64,000 nucleotides of DNA from Mobula hypostoma (taxonomy: Eukaryota): the NCBI RefSeq assembly GCF_963921235.1, contig NC_086108.1, positions 53,198,001 through 53,262,000 of the forward strand, given 5' to 3'. Below are positions 11,001 through 23,000 of the stretch, in pieces; positions within the stretch are counted from its first letter, which is position 1, and each line of letters opens with the position of its first letter. Made by a program: the position numbers and the translations under genes. The notes under the pieces were generated by a model that saw only the letters and a list, made by a program, of their open reading frames with translations, was not told where the DNA came from and searched no databases.

Positions 11001-14000
11001 TGTTAAGGGTTCATTGAGGACCTCCCCTACCACCTTCAGCTCCAGGCACACATTTCCTCTTTTATCCCTGATCAGTCCTACTATCACTCATGTACTGTTC
11101 TTCATGTACATGTGGAAGGCCTTGGGGATTTCCTTAATCCTACTTGCCAAAGCCTTCTCATGTCCCCTTCTAGCTTTCCTAAGTCCCTTCTTAAGCACCT
11201 TCCTGACGGCATTATCACTTTCAAGAGTCCTGTCTGGATGGGACAGACCTATCCAGTGCCCCATGTAAGTGCTCCCTGAACAACTTCCACATTTCTGTTA
11301 TACATTTCCCTGAATACATCCAATTCTAATTTGTTTCCCAGTTCCTGCCTGATAACATCATAATTCTCCCCTCCCCAATTATTACTTTCTCATACCATCT
11401 GCTCCTATCCTCCTGCATGACTGGTAAAGCTCATGGAGTTGAGGTCACTATCTCCAAAAGGCTCACCCACTGAGAGATCTGTCACCTGACCAGGTTTATT
11501 GCCTAGTACCAGATCCATTATGGCCTCTCCTCTAGTTGGCATGCCAGCATACATTATTGTGTTAAGAATTATTCTGGCTAGATTACAAGTATTATTTTTC
11601 TCTCTGTCCCATACATTAAAGATGTAATGTGTTGATTAAAATTAAATGTGAAATGTCTATTGATACCTGTGAGTGATGTGATTCCTAAACTGGAGTGCTA
11701 TTGACTGACATGATATTAGAGATTTCCAACCAGTACTTTGAGGAGGAAGCCTCTGGGTTTCTACAAACCATTTTGGTCTGGTTCATTGCATGCAATGAGT
11801 CCCATTCACAATACATTGAACTGCAGTGTACAATTGCAAATTGTCCCTGTGGTTCAATGCTTTAAACCATGGAATGGACCAATAGATAGAATCGAGACAG
11901 TTCCTTGACCCACGATATTTTGTGATAGATTGCATTTGTGTGGGGGAATTGGGCTGTTGGTGGTCAGGGACTGGGCTGAATATATTCAGCCATAATTCGA
12001 TAAGCTGACCCTATGGTGTGAAATAATGGACTTGAACTCGTGGTGGAACAAAGAAAATAATACCAGACCAGAAATCCAAAAGAAATGTGATGCATTGGAA
12101 ATACTGCAATAAAATATCCCCATCGCCACACCAGCAGGATTTTTTCATTTCTTCTGGCTATTTCCTTGTGATCTCAGAGTGTCAGTTGGGTTCAGTTGGT
12201 TCTTGATTTCCTGCACAATCATTTCAGACAATGCAGATCAAAAAGAACTTGACCCTGCTCCTCCTCATACACTGCATGCATTAAAGTCGCATGGAAGTTG
12301 AGATGGACTAAAGCAGTAGAAGGGAAAGGGGACTGGAGTCAGCAGCAGTTATGTTTTTTCTCAGGATCACATTGCTGAATGCTGGATCTCTTTTTGATGG
12401 ACCACTTTCAGACTACAGTCCTTAAAAGCTTGGGAATTAAGGATACAAAGAAAAGCAAACTTGAAGTTCTGACCAGGAAAATGGTCTGAATTCCATGATC
12501 TATTTAGTAAGCTGAGCTTGTAATCTCAGATGAACAAAATCAGAAAGCATTTTTGCAGAATGTTTGCGGAAATATGGAATACCCTTCCCCAAGTCACTTT
12601 GGATGTTGGGTTAATGTTATAGAATTTTGTGGGATATGCCGCAAAGGCAGACAAACGAAGTGGAGCATAGAACTGGTTTGAGAGAGTGAGCGATCTATAC
12701 TCAATGCAAGCTGAAATATCTGTGGTATGTACAGAGTTAAGTGGTCTTGTTCAGGGTGGTGTTGGCACTGCTAAAATGGTGCTGGAGTCCTTAGCGGAAG
12801 GAAAGGGAAAGTAGTAAAATATTGATTTAGGCAAACTTTATATGATGAAAAGTATGTTTTTAGTTGTCTAGAAGTAGACCTAATGAAATCAGTAGCCTAT
12901 GGAGGAGGTACATTGCAGTGACCGACAGTTGTGGAATGGTGTAACAGAGATGGTGAGCTAACTACCAAGAAAACCTGTTGAAGCAGATAGCACGTGGGTT
13001 CAACATTTGAAAGATAACATCAAAAGTCATACCTGTGGACTGAGGTTTCACCATTTGGAGGTTTTTTTTATTATCCTATGCAGTAAGATTCTGATTGACA
13101 CTTCTAACATACTATTAATTTTATTTAGTGCTTGCGGCAGACTTCAGTGTATATATCCCGGCAATCCTTTACTATATTCTTCACTGTGAAGGCCCAAAGA
13201 CCATGAAGGTAGGCATTGCATTCAATGTTACTATTGCAATTTTTAAAAATCAATTATTAAGCAAATGTTTGCTGTTAATTTTTTTAGCCTTGAGCCATAT
13301 ACCTAAAATATCAACTTTTTAAAACGATTAATTTTGTAAGTAGAAGATTGTCTCAGATAGTTGTTCCAAGAATCAAACAAATGGCATTGGTATTTTGTGA
13401 AGCAAAAAATTGCAGGTACTGGAAATCAGAAGTAAAACCAGAAAATGTTTGAAATAACTTTCTGGTTCTGATAAAAGGTCATTTCAAAGCTAGAGTTAGA
13501 AAATACAAGTTTCTTTCTATCAGAACAATTCTGTTAGACTATATCATTGGAGAACTAGCAGTTATTTTCTTCACTGCAACCTGCTACCGGGTATTTTTAA
13601 TTATACATTTTGCTGACAGAGTAAACAGTGGTTGGCCTCATTAAGAATGAGAATGAGACGATGTACAGAGAGGAGATAGAGCAGCTGGTAGAATGGTGCG
13701 AGCACAACAACTTGAGTTTCAACGTGGACAAGACCAAAGAGGTGATTGTGGATTTGAGGAAGGTGCAAGCTGGCCACTCCTCACTACACATACATGGCTC
13801 TTCTATAGAGAGAGTTAGGAGCACCAAGTTTCTGGGAATACACATAATGGATGATTTCACCTGGTCCCTCAACACCACCTTTTTGGTCGAGAAAGCATTG
13901 CAGCGTCTCTGAAGAGACTGAGCAAGTGAGGGTCCTCCCCATTAACCCATTTTTACAGGAGCACCATTGACTGTCCTGACCAGTTGCATTACCGTCTGGT

Positions 14001-17000
14001 ACAGGAATTGCACGGCAACTAACCACATGTCCTCTTACAAAGGATTACGACAACTGCTAAAAAGAGCATCGGTGTCTCTCTTTCACCCATTAGAGATATT
14101 TATCAAGAGTGCTGCATAAGCAGGAGCTTTAGCATTTTCAGTGATCCCTCCCATCAGTCCAACAATCTCTTTTATGTCCTACCATCAGGAGATACCGTAG
14201 CATTAGGACAAGAACTATTAGGATGAGAAACAGCTTCTTCCCTAGGCTGTAAGACTATTGAACTCCCTATCACCACCCAGTCTCTTCATGTATGAAGCAC
14301 CAATAGTGTTACACAGTTTACTTTTTAACTTGTATTGTATATGCACCTTATTATTTGTTTAATTTGTGATAATATTACCTTGTATATTATGTGTGTGAGT
14401 TATATTTTCTGTCTTGTGCACCTTGGTCCAGAGGAGCATTGTCTCGTTTAGTGGTATACATGTGTATGGTTGAATGACAATAAACTTGAACTTGAACTCC
14501 TTCGCATGTAACTTCATTGTTTACTTCACTCAGAGAGTTGATGGTTAAGATAGATTTTCTGTGATGCAGCTGTGTGGATTTGAAGCTCCGATTTATTTGG
14601 CAGCTTCATGGATTATTATTGTACAACACCATGTCCTGTTCTGATGCACGCCATTCCGACTGTATATTTTTTCTTGTGTCATCCATTCATGTGCAGCTGA
14701 AATTGCAGGACATGACTCTCATTCAGCCTTGTGTGGAACTTGATGTGTGCTCTTCACTGCTTTATTTCTGTGCTCCATTTTGTGGCACTACTTGCTCCTT
14801 TCTGAAAACAATAGACTAGAAAAGAAATTTACATAGAAAAAGCAATGTGCCATGTTATTAGAGTGAAAAATATCCAGCAGCTTTCTTTGGCCTTGATCTG
14901 ATAAGTGAAGTTATTTTCTTCAGGATCATGAGTTCTCTAAATTCTCAACCCCAGATGGCAGTGGAGGCAGTGGTTGAGAATATTGAAGACTGTGATTGGC
15001 AGATTTTTGGAAACTAAGGGAATCAAAAGACATGAAGACTTGGAAAGAATCTGGATTTCGACAGAACATTTGTGTATGACTGAAATCTTCTATTGGTATA
15101 TGTTCTTGTGAATAAGAGAGATCCTTTGAATTGCAATTTGCCACAATGTTCACAAAAGCAGCATTTTGCCCTAACCTACCTAGTGAATTTCAAATTGCTG
15201 CATGTGCATATTTATTGGCTATTAAACTCACCACAGAAAGTTAATCTGGTAAATTAACAGTATAAGTACCCCTTTAACAACATAATAGTTGTTAATGACA
15301 GCCAGACAACTTTACTTGCCCAGAAAGTGAACAGTTAAATCGTGTAGTTTGTTCCTTCAGATTGAGAGTTATAGAGACTTCAATTAAAACTTTGTTTTCT
15401 TTAACTTTTTTAAAAAAATTAACAATTTGATTTTATTGGGGAAAGGGGATGGGGAATGGTGAAGGGGGGTGGAGAGCATTACTGGAAGTTCAGGAAGTCA
15501 GTGTTCATTTCGAGCACCTGTAGATTTTCTGGTTTGTTTTTTTGATGAGTTGCCTTGAATTCATATTTTTTTTATTTGTCTTCCTTTCTACCCCTATGTA
15601 CCACTTAATTCTCAAATCTCTTTTGTTTAAGAAATAAATTATTTATCCCATTGATCATGATTGATAGTCCAAGATGACTTGTTTTCTCAACCACTGTTAT
15701 TCACTTGTACTTTCATTAGTCTTCTGGACAAAATCTTTGAACTAAAGACTGCAGAAGCAAATCTAACCATTGAGTACACAGTGAGAAATTGTGGACATTA
15801 TCATCTACTCAAATCGTCACTTGGATTTGGGAGGAGGATTCAATTTTGCCTTCTGTATCCTTTGTTACTTCTTAGCATAGTATCTACCACTCTCATAATG
15901 TATTCTGTAAAAAGTTCAACTAAATATAAGTTTATTTTCCAGAGCAGAGTATATTAAATTCATTACCAGCTCAAAGTATTGATAAAGTAATGGGATTCAG
16001 TGGGTTAAGTACATTGCAGAATCAAAGCTGTTCCAGATTCAAATGCCTAGCTTGAAATGAAGAAGCTAATTTCAGTTGCAAGTATTTGGCTGGGTGACTG
16101 TAGATATAAAGTAGTGAAAATCATCATTCGAATGTGGGTGGTGGGTTCAAGGTTGAGAATAATGGCCATTTTACCAGTAGAGAATGCTCCCTTTCCTAAT
16201 CATCATCTCTGTGTGTATATTTCTGTATTGATGGACAAGTGTTGGGTGAAGGGAAATTAACACTCCACTGTAATGAGGCAGCATCCCATCAGAAAAATAG
16301 TTTGTTTACACCATGTAGGTTCAAGTGATGAGTGTCAACTTGGTTCAAAGAAACTTATGGAAGCATATCCTAAAAACTTATTTTCTTTGATAAAAAGCAA
16401 AAGCAATGTTCAGTGAAGGGAGAGTGCGGAAGAAGAAACTGAATAATTTCTATGGATTGATTAAGCTGCAGTTCTGAATCAACAAATGATTTACTGCAAT
16501 TTGTCATTTTTGGACTTGAGAGTTTCAGTTATGTCCTTGGGATGGAGCATAACGGCAGAACAAATGAGGTTCATTTTTGGGATGTACTGACTTGAGGGTA
16601 ATGTTATTAGAAACTGGCTTGAGGTCTTAAATTCTATCACATTATAGAATTATCATTAGATTTACTGATATTTTTGTATACTCAAACAACAAAGCCAAAT
16701 CATTAACGTGCTTTAAATGCTGATAAAAGTCAAGGTGAAGGCTTCCTTGATCTCTGGTGGGTGCTTCAAGATAACAAGCAACATACATATGCCATGAAAC
16801 CAGATCTGTTTGGCTAGTAAGCAATTTTTGAAATCGTTTCCTGAGAAGCTGGTTGGGGGTGGGGAAGCAGGGGGTGGAGACAACTAGGGCAATCAACAGC
16901 TGAGAGGGAGCAGTAATGACATTTATTTACTGTTCATCCCAAGTAATTATCAGTAGTTCATATAAAGGTAACAGCTGCGATTGTGTATTAACTGCCTCAC

Positions 17001-20000
17001 GTTCTTAGTCGTGCGCAGTGAGCAAGTGTTCCTAAATTAGCATCTGCGTTGCGTGTCTAAAATCACAGAAGACCGCAGCGTGCTGTGTCATAGGGTATAA
17101 ATCCTGGCAACCGTCTTAGCAAAATACAGAGCACAAATGTTTTTACTATCTCTGAATATTTTATTTCACTGCTTTCTCCTGAGGTCCCTAATCCTTAATG
17201 ATTATCTTAAACAAGGTTCACGTTTTCCAATGTAGATAAGCAATAGTGTATTTGGTTGTGAAGATTATAATGCTTGAGCCTGATTCTGTTCTGGTATTGT
17301 TGCTAACTTCCTCCTTTGCCAACAAGCATTAAATCTTTATTTTCAGTGCCCTGGATGATTTGACTCTTTAATGAGACTGCCCTTCCTTCAAGTAAAGGAA
17401 GGAATGAATGTTACTACCTGTGGTTCGAATCCTGTTGACATCTATTTACATGTTCCAGGAATGGAACTCGGATCAGACCACCACATCCGCTTCACTCTTT
17501 CATTGAGTTCACAGTGCAAAGTTCTTGTAAAGCACCGTATTTTAGCTTTATTTTCTTGCATTTTGTATGGTTGTAATGTGTTCCACATACTGTTGTGTGG
17601 CATTTTCTGTTTGATAGGAGATTGCATTCGTTTATTGTCAAAAACATAAAGATGGTATAAATACCAATTTTCTTAAACTTCTAAGGAAGTAGAGATGCTG
17701 GTATGCCTTTGTTATAGTTGTATCCATGTGGTGGGCCCAGTGCAGGTCCTCTGAAATATTGATACTCAGAAACTTGAAGTTGTTCACCCTTTCCTTTGTG
17801 TACTTCCCCAATCTTTCCAAGTTGTATTGTTGAGTACACTATAAGTGATGTCTGTGAAATGTTTTTGTCTAGCATTCTCTCTAACTTATCTGAAAACTGT
17901 ACCATGCAAAAGTGAGCCAAACAAATAAAGTTAAAACTTTTGTTTGAAATAGCAAGTGGGGTTACATAGAGCAGGCAGAAAAGTGACAGTTGAATAATAG
18001 GGTAGGCTTGAGGGGCCAAATGGTCTTTTACACTTCCTTCAATTGTATTGCTAATTGTTTTCAAATGAGCACTGCAACAAAATGTGTGTGTTAACGTTTT
18101 GTGAAGATTAGACTGTGCTCCATTATGGCATACCTGTGGTCAGAAAGCTTGATCAGAAACACTCTTGACTAAGATGACCATCATGGCCAGTTAACTTGCG
18201 CTTGCCATCTAACCCGAACTTGGGAAGAACAGATACTGAGACATTATGATTTGATGTCGTGAGGTAACACAAACAAAATAAATCACATAGACAAGAAGAC
18301 CTTCGAGTTTTGGTTTGCAGAGAAAAAATAATTAGCCAGACTTCCCCATGCATGATTAGTATCAGTGGCCCCTTTTGGATGTATACACTGGTAAGTGTAA
18401 GTTAAACTCAGTCATTGTTTTTCTGCAGTTGTGCAAACTGATAAACGCCATGTGAGATGTGTGCCACACTGTAGACAATATAAAGTGTTTGCATTTGCAG
18501 CATATGTTGACATCTTAAGACGAAATGTAATGAAAGTTGAGGGATGGGGAGCTGTTGTCACTTATCAAAAGCCATGATTTTGTACGTTGCCAGAGGAAGC
18601 GATTGAGCTGATTATAATAATATGCATTTAAGAAGCACTTGGGTAGGTACATGGAGGGTGGGGCTTAGGGGTGTATGGGCCAAACACAGAACATTGGGAC
18701 TAGTTGGGTGGGTGGGCATTGTGGTTGACATGGACTTGTTGGGCCAAAAGGCCTGTATCTGTGCTGCCCTATGGCTTTATAACTCAACTTAATGTTTGAA
18801 AGATATTACAAACTTACAAGCTCTACTGTTACTCTTCACAGGTATCGTATTTGTTGTGTGCATTACTCTATCCTGGACTACTGCTTATTGACCATGGGCA
18901 TTTTCAATATCCTTACTGATGGTGGCTTTCAGATATTTTTAAAAAGGAGGTAATACCTAGGTCCACCCTGAGTGCTTCGATAGTGACTGTTTGATGTGGT
19001 CTGGCACTCAGCCTCATGGGGTAGACTGATCTCAGGGTCAGTCCCTGACCCTTACTAGTTTCTTGAATGCTGACTGAAATCTCTTATCCAGGGGAGGAAA
19101 ATTAATAGTGGTTCCAGCTGCTGTTTGGTCCTCTGGGGAAAAATGTGTGGTAGTTGTTTGAGGACAGATAGGGTTCTGTTGTAATTTTCACTCATGGAAG
19201 GTAACAATATCAGCCCTGTGGCAACAAAAGCTTAGGTGTGGTCTGTGTGGAGGTTGCGCATTGTCCCTTTGACCAAAAGGGCTTCCTCCAGGTGTTCTGG
19301 TTTGTTCCAGCATGCTGGTTGGTAAGTTAATTGGCTACTGTCAATTGCCCCTGTGTCGGTGAATGATGGGAGAATTGAGGGAGGTGCAGTTAAATAGAAT
19401 GTGAGAGGAAAAATTTGAGTGATGTGATGGGCAGTGTGAATGCTGTGGGCTGAAGAACCTACTGGTCTGTTCCATGACTCTGACTTCATTATCTATGACA
19501 GGGGTCCCCAACCTTTTTTGCACTGCGGACTGGTTTAATATTGACAATATTCACAATATTCTTGCGGACCGGCTGACCGGGGGGGGGGGGGTGGGGGGGG
19601 GTGTTCAAGTAGGGTTAAACTCACCTCACATGTCTTTTACAGTTAGGGTTGCCAACTTTCTCACTCCCAAATAAGGGACAAAAGTAGCAGTCAAATATGG
19701 ACAGTGTTTACCCCGAGTAAGACTACCATGACCATGAAGCCTTGCATGGGCACCTATGTGCGCATGTGCGTAAGTGCTGATTTTTTTTTCCACAAGTTGG
19801 TTTTGACTTAATCTTCCCGACTACACTGTACATACCTTATTTCTGATTTATATAGGCTGTGTATTTATCATATCATTCCTGCTTTTACTATATGTTAGTG
19901 TTATTTTAGGTTTTATGTGTTATTTGTAATGATTTGGTAGGTTATTTTTTGGGTCTGGGAATGTTCAAAAATTTTTCCCATATAGGTTAATGGTAGTTGC

Positions 20001-23000
20001 TTCTTCACTTCACGCCATTTCAGCACGAAAGGTTTCATAGGAACGCTCTACATTAGCGGGTGAAATACGGGACAAGGGCAGTCCCGCATGGGACAAACCA
20101 ATTTAGCCCAATGTACGGGATGTCCCGGCAAATACAGGACAGTTGGTAAGCCTATGTTCAAGTTGAACAGTGCGTGACGGAATGAGGAAAGGTGCAGCTG
20201 ACTCGTATCGTTTCCTCACGGCCTGGTGGTTGGGGACTGCTGATCTATGAAACGAAGAATTAATGTCAAACATTCTAGAGGTGCTGATAGAATGGAAATA
20301 ATTATGAAGTAAAATGCCACCTTTGACTGTAACTAAATCAATTTTTAAAAATTTTTAGTTTGTCTCCAAGAGGAATTTGAAAAGCATTAAATTTAATCTG
20401 TGTCCTGACACTTTACCTAAATCCTGCTTATATGATATATTTTGAAAATGTTCTGCTGGAAAAAAAATCCTTTTATGAAAGTAGGCAGCTTTGGTTTATT
20501 TCATATCTAGTCTGGGTTCATACTTTATTCAGTCCTTAACATGAAAGCACATACAACTGTATCAGCTTGGGCCTTGCCCTATGGGGGTTGCTGGGCCTTT
20601 TGAAAGGCCGGGTCCTGTTGGGATCCATGGCATTTTGCTTAGCTCTTAATTATAAGCAAATGGAACTTTATCATGCTCTCCCATTCTTCTGCTATCTACT
20701 TGGAAGCTGTTTGAAAGACCTGAGCAGTGGAGGGTGAGTAGCTAAAAACTAATAGAATTTGAGTTTTGGCTGCGTCAGATAAATCAGGTAAGGTCGTTTT
20801 AAGATTCGTAAATTGTTCTATTTTGCAATTGCTCTGTAAGCGACTTAAATACAAATCCAAGCATTATTTTTAGAATAACTAGTAGCTTCTTTCCAAATAT
20901 TCCTTATAACTGAAATCTTTCGTAGAAAACAAGGATAATTTCCTGGTGTCTGAAGTTGTACAATGCTAGTCAGTAAGCATTTGAGTAGAGACTAATGTAT
21001 TGTGGAATTGGCTATACATTCGACAGTGTCAGATTTGAGTGTCATTTTCTCTGATGGAAGTGTGGTAGTAATGCTGTAATTTACCTCTGAACTTGGAAAG
21101 TTGATGGGTTAGGAGTATGAACTGTAAAAGGACAGAATTTGACTTGCCTGGTATGACCCAAAGTTGGAAGAACTTTTTATCATTCTGTAGTAATAAATGT
21201 GCAGAATGGACATGTGCAAGATATTGACAAACGGATTTTTTTTTCAGAACTATAATCCACCTGGGATCAATGTATTCCAAAGAGTTGGTGAGAAAATAAG
21301 TGGATGATATATCTATTGATTAGAAAGTAATGATGTAATTCCTTTCACAACCCCTTAATCTCAAAAGCAATTCAGAGCCACAAGATATTTTCAACATTGT
21401 AAATTGGGGAAGCATAACATCAGGTTTATGCAACACTCACAACATGCTGGAGGAACTCAGCAGGTCGGGCAGCATCCGTGGAAACGTTGATTGATCATTT
21501 CCGCGGATGCTGCCCGACTTGCTGAGTTCCGCCAGCATGTTGTGAGTGTTGCTTTGACCCCAGCATCTGCAGAGTATTTTGTGTTTACATCAGGTTTACA
21601 GAGTTTCACCTAGAAGGTTGTAACAGATGTCACCTGTTTCAGTCATGTTACACTTCAGAAATAATATACAAGCTTCCGCTAGTACAGTGAAATAAAGAAC
21701 TCTGTCTGTTTGAGGAATAACGACTGTTCAGTCAGTGGAAGTGTATCTGAAACGGGCCTTATCCAAAGACTAACATCTACAACAGCTTAGCATTCCTAGG
21801 TACTGCACTGGAGCATGAACTTGGGTTGTGATGGTCCAGAAATAGTTTTCATAAAACACCTTTCTTATTGATTAGATGTTAATGTTGAATTCACTGAATG
21901 ATGACAATATAACTTCAGATGGTTATACAAAAATGTCAGGTTCAACAATATCAGGGTAGAAGTTTACCTTTCTTGCCTAATCTAGTGTAGTGCTAAGCAG
22001 GATCCCTGCTTGCGTAGTTCACTAATACCATCTACTGAAATGGCTATCAAATCACTCACTGCAAAAGGAATTAAGACCATAAGATATAGGAGCAGAAGTA
22101 GGCCATTTGGCCCATTGTCGCTGCTCCGCCATTCAATCATAGGCTGATCCAATTCTTCCAGTGATTCCCACTCCACCCCATACCCTTTGATGCCCTGGCT
22201 AATCAAGAACCTATCTATCTCTGCCTTAAATACACCCAATGACTTGGCCTCCATAGCTGTTCGTGGCAACAAATTCCACAGATTTACCACCCTCCAACTA
22301 AAGTAATTTCTCCGCAATCAGTTCTAAAAGGACGTCCTTCCATCCTGAAGTCGTGCCCTCTTGTCCTAGAATCCCCTACCATGGGAAATAACTTTGACAT
22401 ATCTAATCTGTTCAGGCCTTTTAACATTTGGAATGCTTCTATGAGATCCCCCCCCCCCGCCCCCTGCCATTCTCCTGAACTCCAGGGAATACAGCCCAAC
22501 AGTTGCCAGACATTCCTCATACGGTAACCCTTTCATTCCTGGAATCTTCTCTGAACTCTCTCCAGTGTCAGTGTATCCTTTCTAAAATAAGGAGCCCAAA
22601 ACTGCACACAAGTGCCTTATATAGAGCCTCAACATCACCTCCCTGCTGTTATATTCTATACCTCTAGAAATGAATGTCAACACTGCATTCGCCTTCCTCA
22701 CAACCGACTCAACCTGGAGGTTAACCTTTAGGGTATCTTGCACAAGGACTCCCAAGTCCTTTGTATCTCTGCATTTTGAATTCTCTCCCCATCTAAATAA
22801 TAGTCTGCCCATTTATTTCTTCCACCGAAGTGCATGACCATACACTTTCCAACACTGCATTTCATTTGTCACTTCTTTGCCCATTCCCCCTAAACTATTC
22901 AAGTCTCTGTAGCTTCTCTGTTTCTTCAACACTACCACTCCTCCACCTACTTTGTATCATCAGCAAATTTAGCCACAAATCCATTAATACCGTAGTCCAA

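Larger units (their letters stand above)
18907..20550 (+). other. U12-type (minor spliceosome) AT-AC intron of ALG6
   Basis: 5' splice site ATATCCTTAC at 18907; branch site TCCTTAAC at 20533-20540; terminal AC at 20549-20550. Removal restores the conserved GHFQYN. Confidence 0.95.

Noticed and set aside
11700..12500. Possible very old LINE remnant or unrecognised exon
   Set aside because: No translatable motif could be identified, and the ALG6 frame is complete without it.
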